Shown: positions 16,501 through 23,857 of the stretch, one piece after another | Layout of the letters: each line of letters opens with the position of its first letter | Numbering within the stretch: the stretch's first letter is position 1 | Source of the DNA: a virus | Lineage: Duplodnaviria; Caudoviricetes | Length of the DNA: 55,782 bases | IMG/VR virus record: IMGVR_UViG_3300031788_000021 | Span: 1 to 55,782 of that record | Direction: 5' to 3' (one strand) | Program-made: the position numbers and the translations under genes | The notes under the pieces: generated by a model | Database searches by the model: none | What the model was told of the DNA's origin: nothing | Seen by the model: the letters and a program-made list of their open reading frames with translations, nothing else

Positions 16501-18685
16501 GTCACTGGCTGATGAAATCCACCGCGTGTTTCAGGATCAGGGCCAGAGGTTCACGGACCTGGGCAGGGACTGGTCGAAGCCGGAGGCTTCGTTCCGTGGC
16601 CGCTGGATCGCGGCCAAGAAGAAGTCCCGCCGCGAGCGCCAGGAGGCCAAGAACCCGGACCTCAAGCGCGAGAGCGACCTCATCCGCGAGAACAAGGAGA
16701 AGCCCGAGGCCAAGGCCCCCGAGAAGCGGCCCCAGATCGAGCAGCAGATCAAGTCCCTGGGCGCGCTGCGGGCGCTGTGGCGCGTTCGCGTCGCCGCCCG
16801 TAAGGACTGGAGCGCGTCCTTCCTCTTCGACCCAGTGGAGAATCCCGTCCCCTTCCCCAAGCCCGGCCAGAAGTCGGGGCTCTGGCGCGCCGGGGTCTGG
16901 AACGAGGGTGAGGACGACCTGGACCAGCTCTGGAAGCTGACCGTGGACAACGACTCCAAGTATTACGAGGCTGCGAAGCGCTCTCTCCCTGAATTATTCG
17001 GGAAGAATGACGGGTTCCTTGAGGGGATGCCGCTGCCGGTCAGGAACTACCCCAGGGCCGTGGCCTTCCTCAAGCGCATCTTCCCCCAAGCGTGCGAGGA
17101 GCACATCTACCCGACGTGGGGCAAGGCCGAGCCCGAGCCCGGCCACGAGGGAGACCCTTTCTATCAGGGCAGCAACCAGTGGAAGGATCAGGCGAAGGAC
17201 GTAATCGGGATCATCAAGGGCCTCTACGGCGAGGAGCAGGGCGCGGTGGAGCTGGAGAAGTTTTTGGGTCGCCTCAAGCCCGGCGAGCGTGAGGACTTCC
17301 TGGAGGAGGCCGCCGAGGACCCGCTTGCGGGCATGATCCGGGGCTTCCAGGATATCATCGACAAGCAGAGGGGCGTGGCCCCCAAGGCCAAGCCCAGCCC
17401 CAAGTCCGAGCTATTCGAGGAGCACGTTAAGGAGATGCCGATGCTGGACGAGCAGGAGCGCCAGGAGAGAATAGACGCGTTGCTGGATCAGCTTCCACAA
17501 ACAACCAGTGATGAGGAGAAGCGCCAGATCGAGCAACGCATCCGTTCCCTTCGGGCGTCGCTAAAGTCCGCGTGGCTGCGGAGCGCGGCCCGCAAGAAGA
17601 AGGTCCCGAAGCAGGAGCCCGTAGTCGACGATTCCCCGGAACCTACCGAGCCAGAAGAGGACGATATCATCATCAGCAAGTCGCGGCGCGGGTACTCCGC
17701 GCGGCAGAGCGGTAAAGAAGTCGCCAGCGCCGATAAGTACGATACCCTGCTCTGGCGCGTGAAGGAGTACATGGACAAGGCCAAGTTCTGGCCCAACGTC
17801 TGGGACCAGGGTGAGCGCGGAAACTGCAACCTCATCACGTCAACGGTCCATTCCTGGAAGCCGCCGGTGCCCCCTCCTTACGGGATCGAGGCCATGACCC
17901 TGGCCAAGAACATCTTCGCGGAGTTGTCTCCGGAAGAACTCCAGGGCGCGATGCAGGCCTACAATTCTTATCCCAATGGTTACCAGGGCGCGATGAGGCG
18001 CCTCTCTGATTGGGCCAAGAGCAACACCGGGGGCATGGAGCCGGACGTCCCCGAGTTCACCGACTCCTCTTTTTGGGAGGGCGTCGGCATCCAGGTCGTG
18101 CGCATGGTCGAGGAGGAGCAGAAGCGGGCTGAGGAGAAGAAGATCAAGAACCAGACCCCGAGTGCACCGACCGAGCGCGGACCCGATGACGTCCCGGTCA
18201 TGGACCCGGCCATGAACCAGAAGACCATCGATCGCCTCCTGGACGAGTACGTGGGGGCCGACCCCGAGAAGCGTGAGCAGATCGAGAATCGCCTGCGCAG
18301 CCTCAGGATGGGGTTCAGGTCCCTGTGGTTCCGCCGCGCCCACTGCGGCGCCTGCCACGAGATTCAGTTCGCGGCCCTGCACACGCTCGCGGACATCGCC
18401 GCCGAGCACCCGGACCTGGTGAGTAAGGACCTGATCGGCAAGCTCAGCGAGATGACGTCGGGTATGCACATCCAGGAGTTCGCCGACGAGCTGGTGGACG
18501 TCGCCCTCAAGATCGAGGGCACCGAGGGGCTGGAGGACAAGGTCAAGGAGCTGCGGAACAAGGCCAAGGTCCTGACCATGATCGAGAACGGGATCGACGA
18601 CGGCGACATCGAGGTCATCGACGAGCCCAAGGAAGGATCAACCAGATTCAAGTGGCTCAAGAGAGCCGCCAAGGAGGCCGCATGA
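7568..18685 (+). CDS. giant modular polyvalent polyprotein, 3705 aa; putative internal virion cargo
   Basis: uninterrupted ORF; about 18 W-centred RRA linkers; InPase domain, PcfJ-like module, Zn fingers, three paralogous GWIxPxG domains. Confidence 0.9.
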   Translation: MADLFGRWRARLALGGDPGGQAAPLPSATNNPDGLAEPESPSAWSGYGDIGWIGPSGNYYHINYLTEHMVWLRSQGIKKPDGWVRVVSAPGVSELGLDVKGEGEPNANQWATMEESVRECGEDAEVWVEYPSRFAKFVAGDFTDSGKTLKDFCSGAVKSDKGLGILERLAAPSFEDGLTAATRELVVQVLMENGDQMLQGALYDKVAADLVRVWSSTGRPPISFESAKIYAQSAVDMLFEVHRIDREGEPGTEGMVYLQSDLQMLADQIYGMIYWNKDPMTLEQITAAMKDSVRRGRTPQAYDNQQIDGAINSALNYLIDDEHRVKVTEHGFVAADAPKITVDEAQKGEFQPKPGSTPVQDVLRKTKFVDPEKEKNRLLDEFSQGKITREVLDQKMRQLQASFRDRWLRRAENPFQSLDDLKTMKQMQQAGWGLFVSGGAYFVIEPGQSQPRRVSVKELRSIMQSFRSAPSGPAGDDYATGYALGKAYTDGWSMSDIFNLDPMETLEMAGHMFAVCEKGEPGARLMPAEGEGGKVVKQWLKPHPIGVSYSQAKDKKSFERGFRAGWAAGETKEDKAYRKHQKQPKTKKPAPAPQPKEKVNPEDPFCAGFNPTKEYVDVDEGVEEGQPGYRKPVSYCICGHAPSSHEGWTPEWKPGMPLGGCQSCGTIGDEEGDDGFSEASLKSRWFRRASSNSNLGKWFKITGELRVWARVPKDRDEKVPTIVLPVGTEVMVMLKAEMQLGHLMAMWISWPNQKVEGVDPGDGEGVVRCEDFYRAAVPIDNSANYQGLVVKSIEWKNSDKTLGYARWGTKRVSGGVAFAIDAGGSVVFLESLDDPESVIADFQPEELRAPLTEAIQAETLPKGERPGQMRTTDVPVVDPEREKNRLLDEFSTGKITREDLDRKIRMLEASFRARWFRRAVKKMDRSPSVFVFGDNGWIMPDGKFYALMEEEVHEDFLVKNKLKPEGLVRVSTLAIQNIMLNAEDQLNLNFKGEGTVEQWSAATNMVMSVGEKDGVVVEGPGFGDVFYRKEFEESGQTLRDQVTGRDRSASFKSKWFERRADIETRIPILIKQFFPDADPKRAEARIRELAAIDPTGKQGKYLTWLLKNEVDPGTGTAEDLRDLLAVYDKAKSKAKFPAQYRDINRILPQDLKKIVDEHGAVLSQRELELAGQKVVRDDHDWKITEITSPASASALLKGRDWCVKDPRFSEQYLADGPLYLVEDKSDGEDYLIHPGRGEVKDEENNTPVLQAPRLKLSLGDDPHVGRAIEHMEVDVEDILRGMGDGDYEASDIPTNELDTALGLCMEEYESYGYLIWNVVSEMKERDISSLISQYMWARGTAPGQKRKGEPNQAQEDLIQALPIEEFSEAVLASGNAKLMAEFAVKILNSRWPQAEPKIMANEDARIAYTDRFPEEEALVPMYRQPPPGAPKPEPTEPAARETEEQTEELPLVDAPKPGPGEPGHVWERSMQVLKDDLEQGQTDPERYETKRRQIMFRPWKLRMKDYVDPASLSREKLENTEPEALEEYLKQNKDDLAPWYKNLPYGSKSEFTARLFGRWLRRAAADEPEDAPELTTEQKVQALLYEIARDNEVAGWIPDPDELIREVTNFLANEAGVDYDQVDRKWVEGMVAKLEYPGWRAYPDPKADLPPGIKLNSFRDRWLRRASVTPEGKCPACHKAPGPGRCEQCTAENRFPHNSDGRIEVVEDEGMGTVKAIVCDWCGKNLAYFDKDTPDRECVGYCTECNDNPEVQAACDALLAGLGMEMTPEGLMQGEPVEDTRMMVSDVPSMSSADKNNALNKLLDQHEKADPETKKMLEVKMRELMGSRSCWLRRSARAKALVLDPQVSVDQELMDQYLAVVKKMIDHPESAQVIESQRVDLHNRLREDARVRLLRRTRAEDTDPGWDDDVFFPVVEKFVEGVLGSEDFNRFLQVWDTASELRETRRASDASVPTPSSNPDHDIALYNLQDSEIEPLPKQIWDGYEQANYLGIALECSGDIFRELVGWNVCEGYVGEKTRRIRVYWDRLFRPIEPEAEALCKQLVALWSGMDLNGKSPRLLAVRALNVALAAHDKAGAEAALSQVEAGKKKAYFRNRWLRCLAKVSDNIGDGLEWRPSKKWPPKPGDRYFFEYHCEESEGSADAELWHRTHQPVEVLAVDEPSTPEGEADGIFGAYTIKFLDGFEGCAVGDELLDSPEQYVRPDYRSSRRASSSKRKKSKKGTETFNGLEIAIEFYPGDQKTCDSGDVVDYDDFYGEVKGTQTIADGEPVDVYLAEDAHGNDDRPVFVIHQLKKDKSYDEDKVMLGFVDEAAAMKCYETSGPPWGFGSLDTMTWDQFLNGYLKSHQSAEDMGAKSMPEIKARWMARRASNNEQKLLRELVCTVIGSDSMTVNEAVLPAGTVVGVQPQSNDHTIFFYSPLYSRMIEHGKTWRSNQYAASVEDFRAATDIGYGEGTGYEHGPECFCDECMAKDDLFTHRCPSCGSRECPGDGDTIDCRKPGTMTPEDVPVETRDSLLDRFNRGEIDEKELRRRMKQISILVRWMRRRANGETWRCTSCDFETNSDGWAQEHAEETGHSIVSQGRKEETQQDHLAGQILFAVERDLSRNGPMKESVLKAEMMRPWDGVDKEFFDLVFNKALAILNKSGKIEFNPSTDSWQIKGEVPIASLPESPSEVPTFKGRQREIVIDKLLDRWSKEPGARPQIEEQLRSLRAFKALFMMRRRAVADYELRVELWCGHNENLPVARERYRKAKAVADQFGVRFWSEEHDEDRDNVYADGYIYPTTRNILDVLSALDAVGVEYDNVDLPQELEGSTIYRAVRGAMPRSVDVNIGTIPARMASSRDRWMRRRASPLDDPSKDVNVDGYMLRPEEMSEPYWINAWISPSGKFCPMVGINHEDFIVERTISELIAEGWIRFVAAESGTAIIDTIAEPTSAQMPVVEALFFMSPVKTLEMGVGDDEDWGSFSTVSKITENDLNGGSLADEIHRVFQDQGQRFTDLGRDWSKPEASFRGRWIAAKKKSRRERQEAKNPDLKRESDLIRENKEKPEAKAPEKRPQIEQQIKSLGALRALWRVRVAARKDWSASFLFDPVENPVPFPKPGQKSGLWRAGVWNEGEDDLDQLWKLTVDNDSKYYEAAKRSLPELFGKNDGFLEGMPLPVRNYPRAVAFLKRIFPQACEEHIYPTWGKAEPEPGHEGDPFYQGSNQWKDQAKDVIGIIKGLYGEEQGAVELEKFLGRLKPGEREDFLEEAAEDPLAGMIRGFQDIIDKQRGVAPKAKPSPKSELFEEHVKEMPMLDEQERQERIDALLDQLPQTTSDEEKRQIEQRIRSLRASLKSAWLRSAARKKKVPKQEPVVDDSPEPTEPEEDDIIISKSRRGYSARQSGKEVASADKYDTLLWRVKEYMDKAKFWPNVWDQGERGNCNLITSTVHSWKPPVPPPYGIEAMTLAKNIFAELSPEELQGAMQAYNSYPNGYQGAMRRLSDWAKSNTGGMEPDVPEFTDSSFWEGVGIQVVRMVEEEQKRAEEKKIKNQTPSAPTERGPDDVPVMDPAMNQKTIDRLLDEYVGADPEKREQIENRLRSLRMGFRSLWFRRAHCGACHEIQFAALHTLADIAAEHPDLVSKDLIGKLSEMTSGMHIQEFADELVDVALKIEGTEGLEDKVKELRNKAKVLTMIENGIDDGDIEVIDEPKEGSTRFKWLKRAAKEAA
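14228..14593 (+). other. inorganic pyrophosphatase (InPase) domain within the polyprotein
   Basis: GLEIAIE ... YGEVKGT..ADGEPVDVYL ... VFVIHQ ... YDEDKVMLGF ... MTWDQF, the pattern of polyvalent-protein InPase domains. Confidence 0.85.
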
Positions 18686-18981
18686 AGAGAGACTTGATGA
18701 TGATCGGATTCTCATTGCTGGCTGGGGCTTTCGGTGGATACTGTACCTGCCTCGCGCGTTTCCGCATCGTGGGAGCGCTGCTCGTCCTCGCGGGTAAGGC
18801 CGAGGCCAGGATCGACTCCGGGATCAAGGCCGAGGAGGCCAAGATCGAGGCGGATGCCGCCAAGGTCAAGGCCGACGTCGACTCTGCCCTGGGACGGACC
18901 GCCGTTCAGGTGGCCGAAGCCGTGGCCCCGGCCCAGCCCGCGCAACCGGCCCAGCCCGTGCAACCACTGGCGGGGCACTAG
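18682..18981 (+). CDS. small membrane protein
   Basis: AAGGAGG RBS, ATGA overlap; hydrophobic N-terminus followed by a coiled coil. Confidence 0.7.
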   Translation: MKRDLMMIGFSLLAGAFGGYCTCLARFRIVGALLVLAGKAEARIDSGIKAEEAKIEADAAKVKADVDSALGRTAVQVAEAVAPAQPAQPAQPVQPLAGH

Positions 18982-18998
18982 TAACTTACATCGATAGG

Positions 18999-19032
18999 GC
19001 CCTCTCCGGGGTCATGGCTCCCCGGGGAGGGC
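18999..19032 (+). other. intergenic GC-rich hairpin without U-tract
   Basis: GCCCTCTCCGGGG / CCCCGGGGAGGGC. Confidence 0.6.
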
Positions 19033-19043
19033 GAGGTGCGATA

Positions 19044-19385
19044 ATGAGTGATGAGGAGCGGGAGGCCGCTGGCACGGCGCCCCAGTCGTCGGAGGACTTC
19101 GTTGCCGGGGCCGTGGACGCGGTCCGGCGCGGGCTGGCTATGGGCCTCGACCAGGAGCGCGCGGTTGAGCACGCCCTGGTCAACTGGAACATGATGTCCC
19201 AGATGCTGCGCGGCGCCGACCTAACCCCGGAGGAGGTGGCCGAGGTCAGGAGTCGGTCCTCCGTGCCCGGGTCTAGTCCGACGCCGCAACAGGCGGCGTT
19301 GTCTAGCGACCTCCTTGAGCAGTACGCCCAGGGCCAGATCACGCAGACGGAGATGGAGCAGAGGATCGCGCGGGGGGCGCCATGA
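19044..19385 (+). CDS. hypothetical protein with C-terminal SHOCT-like helix pair
   Basis: GAGG RBS; DLLEQYAQGQITQTEMEQRI. Confidence 0.7.
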   Translation: MSDEEREAAGTAPQSSEDFVAGAVDAVRRGLAMGLDQERAVEHALVNWNMMSQMLRGADLTPEEVAEVRSRSSVPGSSPTPQQAALSSDLLEQYAQGQITQTEMEQRIARGAP

Positions 19386-19936
19386 TCGACCTCGGGGACC
19401 TGTCCAAGGGCCAGGTTTCCGCCCCGATAGCGGGGCCGACGGCGCTACCCGCGCTCGCCGCGCTCAGGGACCTGGCGCTGGTGGCCCTGGCCCCGCCGGA
19501 GCCCCCGGCAGGAGACGCTCCCAAGGACGAGGCCCCGGCCCAGAAGTCGACCCCGATCCAGACCCCTCCAGGCCTGCCGCTGGCCTACGTCGAGATGAAT
19601 CTCCAGGACCAGCCGGTGCCGCAGCCCCCGACCGAGGAGATGGCCCAAGAACAGAAGAAGCCGCTGGGTCACGAACTGACCCCTGGGGTGGCCACCATGT
19701 GCCACAGGGAGTGCATCTCCTACCGCCCCGGTACTGAAGTGCGGCTCACGCAGGAGCGGATCGACCAGGGTCCGCACGTGTTCGTCAGCAGGGCTCAAAG
19801 GGACGCGCACGATCGAGGGCAACATGAAGAGGAAGAGTCCAGGGCCCCGCAAGGCCCGACGCTCGCGCACCCGGACACGCTCCGGGCCGGTACCTACGTC
19901 AAGGGAGAATCCGTCCCCTACAGACCAGGAGCCTGA
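19382..19936 (+). CDS. hypothetical protein
   Basis: ATGA coupling; lies directly upstream of terL. Confidence 0.65.
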   Translation: MIDLGDLSKGQVSAPIAGPTALPALAALRDLALVALAPPEPPAGDAPKDEAPAQKSTPIQTPPGLPLAYVEMNLQDQPVPQPPTEEMAQEQKKPLGHELTPGVATMCHRECISYRPGTEVRLTQERIDQGPHVFVSRAQRDAHDRGQHEEEESRAPQGPTLAHPDTLRAGTYVKGESVPYRPGA

Positions 19937-19945
19937 GGAATTCAC

Positions 19946-21634
19946 GTGGATACACCAGCACAGGGAGGAGTTCTGGACGGCGAAGAAGAACCGATAGTCT
20001 TCAGCATGGCAGACGCCTTCTCCTCGCTGATGGACGTCCCCATCCGCGAGGTTGAGGCCGACCGCCACGAGGGGGACGTCCTCGCGCCTTCTGTCTCCGC
20101 CCGCTCCTTCGTCGACCCCCAGGGATTCACCAAGTACTATTTTAATCAGACCCTGTGCTCGAACCAGGTCGACATCGTCGGGGCCCTGACCTCCGACGCC
20201 AGGACCTCGATCACGGTCGAACCTCGACAAGTAGGTAAAACCAGTTCGGTCGCGGTTGCTTGCTCGATCCTGTGCGAGACCGAGGGCTTGGAGTGGAACA
20301 AGGACCATCCCGAATCCTACCGCATCGGCATCTTCGCGCCGAAGGCGGCGCAGGCGCAGCTGGACACGGACAGGATCAAGTCCTGGGCGCGATACACGAA
20401 GCAGGGCCGGGCCCTGATCAACTGGGAGGAGTCGACGAACGATAGGATCGTCTGGCACAACGGATCAGAGATCAGGATTTACTCCGCGTCTGAGCAGGCC
20501 GAGAACGACGGCAAGACCCTGAACCGGATCATCCTGGAAGAGGCGCAGAAGATCAGCGACGTCGTCGTGAGCCAGTCGATCCTGCCCATGGGCGGAGCGG
20601 TCGCGGCGAAGATCGCCAAGATCGGGACCGTGCGCCCGATCCGCAACCACTTCTTCAACTCGTGGCACAACGACGCGAAGGCCTTGAAGACCTGGCACCA
20701 CTGGCTGATCTGCGATAACCTCCTGCGCGGCGGCTTCCGCGAGTACGGTGGCCGCAAGATCAGCCAGTACGTCCTCGATATGATGCCCCTGGCCGAGAAG
20801 GAAAAGTACATCCGCGCGGGAATCTTCCCCCAGAACCCCGACTTCTACTACCCCGGTCAGCAGGAACTCAACGACTTCCTGACCCAGTACGAACTCCGGT
20901 GGCTGGAGCAGTTCGGCCTCTTCCTGGATGGTCGGGAGAAGGCGATCCTCTTCAGCGGGTTCACCCCGTTCCAGGATTCTCAGAAGTCTATGGAGGAGGA
21001 GATATACGCGGGCATCGACTTCGCGACCGGGGTCGGGGCCGACGAGACCGCTGTTTCGGTCTGGCGCCGCCGGGGAGCGGTCCTGACCAAGATATGGGGC
21101 TGTTCCTGGTCGGACATGCCCGCGCCAGATCAGAAGCGGGAGCTGCTCAACCTCTTCTGCAAGCGGGGCCCGTTCTACGGAGTGCGACTGGGCCTCGGCG
21201 ACTTCGGCGGCAACGGTGCCGCCATCATCCCGGAGCTGGCCGAGGCCGGGCTCCCGTTCCAGAGCATCAGCTTTGGCTCCAACGACAAGAACATCGTCGG
21301 GGCCTCGATGAACATGAAGACGTCGATGTTCCTCGACTTCAAGCGCCAGCTCCAGATGGGGTGGCTGCGCTACCCCGTCATGGACTCGTCGACGCCGATC
21401 GAGTTGCAGATGGACTATCAGAAGGGCGTCCGGCAGTGGACGGCCCTGGAGCAGGAGATCATCGGCTTCGGTATCAACCGCCGCATCCAATCCCCAGACT
21501 CGGATCACGACGACCTGTGCTGTGCCGACATTTTAGCAGTGCGCGCGGCCAAGATCGGACCGCAGCCCCTGGGCCAGCGCCGGTCCACGATCGGGCCGAT
21601 GCCATACTTCATCGTCAGGAGCCAGTTCCGATGA
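19946..21634 (+). CDS. terL: terminase large subunit
   Basis: Walker A EPRQVGKT, Walker B IILEEAQ, KIGT coupling motif, RNase H-like nuclease AGIDFA..DETA ... DHDDLCCAD. Confidence 0.92.
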   Translation: MDTPAQGGVLDGEEEPIVFSMADAFSSLMDVPIREVEADRHEGDVLAPSVSARSFVDPQGFTKYYFNQTLCSNQVDIVGALTSDARTSITVEPRQVGKTSSVAVACSILCETEGLEWNKDHPESYRIGIFAPKAAQAQLDTDRIKSWARYTKQGRALINWEESTNDRIVWHNGSEIRIYSASEQAENDGKTLNRIILEEAQKISDVVVSQSILPMGGAVAAKIAKIGTVRPIRNHFFNSWHNDAKALKTWHHWLICDNLLRGGFREYGGRKISQYVLDMMPLAEKEKYIRAGIFPQNPDFYYPGQQELNDFLTQYELRWLEQFGLFLDGREKAILFSGFTPFQDSQKSMEEEIYAGIDFATGVGADETAVSVWRRRGAVLTKIWGCSWSDMPAPDQKRELLNLFCKRGPFYGVRLGLGDFGGNGAAIIPELAEAGLPFQSISFGSNDKNIVGASMNMKTSMFLDFKRQLQMGWLRYPVMDSSTPIELQMDYQKGVRQWTALEQEIIGFGINRRIQSPDSDHDDLCCADILAVRAAKIGPQPLGQRRSTIGPMPYFIVRSQFR

Positions 21635-21846
21635 GCACGGCGGACTACAGCATCACGTTCGACCACCCGCTCATGGGCACCAACCAGTGGGTTCTGGGGA
21701 ACGGCACCATCGGAGTAGATCAAAGCCCTGGGCGAGGCTTCACCGTGACCTACACCTATCCCGGAGGCCATTTTTCTGTGGTCCCGGATCGGAATCGTCA
21801 TGCCCCCGCCCGCGACCCGCTGCTGACTGAGGTCTGGGCCGACTAA
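21631..21846 (+). CDS. hypothetical protein
   Basis: ATGA overlap with the terL stop. Confidence 0.55.
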   Translation: MSTADYSITFDHPLMGTNQWVLGNGTIGVDQSPGRGFTVTYTYPGGHFSVVPDRNRHAPARDPLLTEVWAD

Positions 21847-21920
21847 GAATATATGGTTATACCTGGTAAAACAAACTACCTAACGACCCTAGTCAACACC
21901 AGGACCATCGCTGGCGAGTA

Positions 21921-21949
21921 TTGCAATTTCACGAGAATCCTGCTATTAA
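21921..21949 (+). promoter_or_regulatory. possible sigma70-type promoter
   Basis: TTGCAA-17bp-TATTAA with a TG extension, in an AT-rich intergenic stretch. Confidence 0.4.
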
Positions 21950-21950
21950 T

Positions 21951-22148
21951 ATGACAAGGCCATGGGACTCAATCGAGAAGGTTGAGCGCGCGTTCTATGA
22001 ATTCAATAGAGGTCAGGACGCCCGGAAGGCCAACGCCAAACTCCCTGCCAAGGGTTTTTTTGATAAGTGCATGACCGAGTTGACCAAGATCACTCCGACG
22101 GAGAAGGCGGCCCTGGCCCGGTGGCTGTGTTCCAGGATGAGGGGATAG
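21951..22148 (+). CDS. hypothetical protein
   Basis: short ORF; start uncertain. Confidence 0.5.
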   Translation: MTRPWDSIEKVERAFYEFNRGQDARKANAKLPAKGFFDKCMTELTKITPTEKAALARWLCSRMRG

Positions 22149-22151
22149 CCC

Positions 22152-22553
22152 ATGGGCCCACACGGTCAGCCGGAAGAACCGTCGGGGTTCCAGAGGGAGG
22201 TCCTGGTATTCATGGGAGAGATCAAGGGCCGCCTCACCAGCGTCGAGAAGGGCGTCGTCGACATCGGCGAGGAGAACTCGGTCCAGACCAAAGCCCTAGG
22301 GAAGCTCGAAGAGCAGTTCCATGGGAGGATGCGCAAGATCGAGCACACGGTCTTCGGCAACGAGGAGACGGGGAAGATCGGCCTGGCCGAGAAGGTGCGC
22401 TTCCTCGAAAGCGGCTGGGTCAAGCTCACGACCGGGGCCGTCCTCATCCTCACGATCTTGGTAGAAATTCTGAAGGCGGGGGGATCGTGGGCAGCGCATT
22501 ATGTGGCCTCCCTGCTGAGCAAAGGGGCGATCAACCCGCCCGTACATCCGTAA
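22152..22553 (+). CDS. coiled-coil protein with C-terminal TM segment (holin-like topology)
   Basis: heptad-rich N-terminus followed by WVKLTTGAVLILTILVEIL. Confidence 0.6.
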   Translation: MGPHGQPEEPSGFQREVLVFMGEIKGRLTSVEKGVVDIGEENSVQTKALGKLEEQFHGRMRKIEHTVFGNEETGKIGLAEKVRFLESGWVKLTTGAVLILTILVEILKAGGSWAAHYVASLLSKGAINPPVHP

Positions 22554-22569
22554 CGGAGGTATAGAAAAA

Positions 22570-22908
22570 ATGACAGACCCGACAACCACGGCCCCTCAAG
22601 GAGCCGCCACGACCCCGGCTGAAGCCCCGGTCCAGACCCAAGCCGACCCGGCGATCACCGCAGCCCCTGCGGCTGTGACCCCGGCCCCGGTGGCGCCCCC
22701 GGCAGCGGCCCCGGCGGCGGCCCCGACTCCAGAGGACCAGGCCATGGCCAAGCAGCAGGAGGCCCAGCAGGCCCTGCTCAAGGTCCGCAAGGACAAAGAG
22801 GACGCCTGCGCCAGGGAGATTCAGCAGGTGTGTGCCAAGCACGGCTGCGAGCTGATCGTCGGCCATCAGGTGAAGGTCAGCCTCGTGGGCGCGAACGGGA
22901 ACAGATGA
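22570..22908 (+). CDS. hypothetical Ala/Pro-rich protein
   Basis: GGAGG RBS upstream. Confidence 0.7.
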   Translation: MTDPTTTAPQGAATTPAEAPVQTQADPAITAAPAAVTPAPVAPPAAAPAAAPTPEDQAMAKQQEAQQALLKVRKDKEDACAREIQQVCAKHGCELIVGHQVKVSLVGANGNR

Positions 22909-22916
22909 TCTGCATC

Positions 22917-22943
22917 CCCCGGGGGCGCTCGGCGCCCCCGGGG
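22917..22943 (+). other. intergenic GC-rich hairpin without U-tract
   Basis: CCCCGGGGGCGC-TCG-GCGCCCCCGGGG. Confidence 0.65.
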
Positions 22944-22965
22944 AATCTGCGAGGAGGAGGAACCG

Positions 22966-23394
22966 GTGGCAGGAAAGGATGATCTCGGGGAAGCATTTGC
23001 GAGGCTCGCCTCCGTCCCCACCCAGCCCCCGATGACCAGGGGCGAGTGGGTCGACAACTTCCAGACCATCTCCCTGCACGGCCTCACGGTCGCGACCCCA
23101 GGAGTCGACGCCGAGTCCTTGGACCTGCGAGTTCGAGTCGCCAGGATCGGCAGCTTCTGGTTCCGGGACGAGGAGTGCCACGTCTACGCCATGGAGCAGG
23201 CCCTGCTGGAGATGATCAAGACCAGGGAGCGCTTGCAGGACCGCGACTTCTCGGTCGTGACCCCGATCTGGGTGTTCTACCGGTGCGGGAACAGGGCCAA
23301 GATCATGGCGAACCCCGAGGCCCTGGCCGTGGCGAATCGGAACTTCCTCCGCTTCTTCGACGAGGCGTACGCGAGGCATAAAACCAATGGCTGA
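22966..23394 (+). CDS. hypothetical protein
   Basis: GAGGAGGA RBS before GTG. Confidence 0.75.
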   Translation: MAGKDDLGEAFARLASVPTQPPMTRGEWVDNFQTISLHGLTVATPGVDAESLDLRVRVARIGSFWFRDEECHVYAMEQALLEMIKTRERLQDRDFSVVTPIWVFYRCGNRAKIMANPEALAVANRNFLRFFDEAYARHKTNG

Positions 23395-23854
23395 AATAAC
23401 CCCCAGCGGGATCATCGTCACCGGAGCCCCGACCGACGTCAAGGCCTCCGCCGTCGTGCCTGGGACCCGAGAGGTCCTGGAGAACATCTACAACGACTTC
23501 CTCGACGCCAAGCAGAAGGGCGATCTTTCCCTGGAGTGCACGTTCGACACCTGGATCAGGAACTCGATCGACATGCTCAAGAATCACCGGGCCCGGGAGA
23601 TTCAGGAGCAGCACGTCATGGGCCAGATCGGCAGGGCCGAATTCGAGGCCCTCGACGAGTACCGGAAGAAGCTGGTGGCGGTGCTGGAGAAGTGCGATCC
23701 CCGAACCTGGGGCTTCGACCAGTACGGAATCCAGTACATCCAGCAGAGCGAGCGCTACCTCTTCAAGGAGAAGGTGGGGCGCAACGACGTGGTCGTGCCC
23801 GACAACCGGCCAGTCCACATCAGCACCGGCAACGAGCGCGGGATCATCAGGTGA
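23387..23854 (+). CDS. hypothetical protein
   Basis: GAGG RBS; typical codon usage. Confidence 0.75.
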   Translation: MAEITPSGIIVTGAPTDVKASAVVPGTREVLENIYNDFLDAKQKGDLSLECTFDTWIRNSIDMLKNHRAREIQEQHVMGQIGRAEFEALDEYRKKLVAVLEKCDPRTWGFDQYGIQYIQQSERYLFKEKVGRNDVVVPDNRPVHISTGNERGIIR

Positions 23855-23857
23855 CCG

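Noticed and set aside
7568-18685. Tape measure protein or virion RNA polymerase
   Set aside because: It lacks the continuous Ala/Gly-rich helical character and tail context of a tape measure protein, and I recognised no RNAP catalytic motif.
20530-20550. Inactive TerL because Walker B reads LEEAQ rather than DE
   Set aside because: The catalytic Glu and all other motifs are retained, so it is treated as a tolerated variant.
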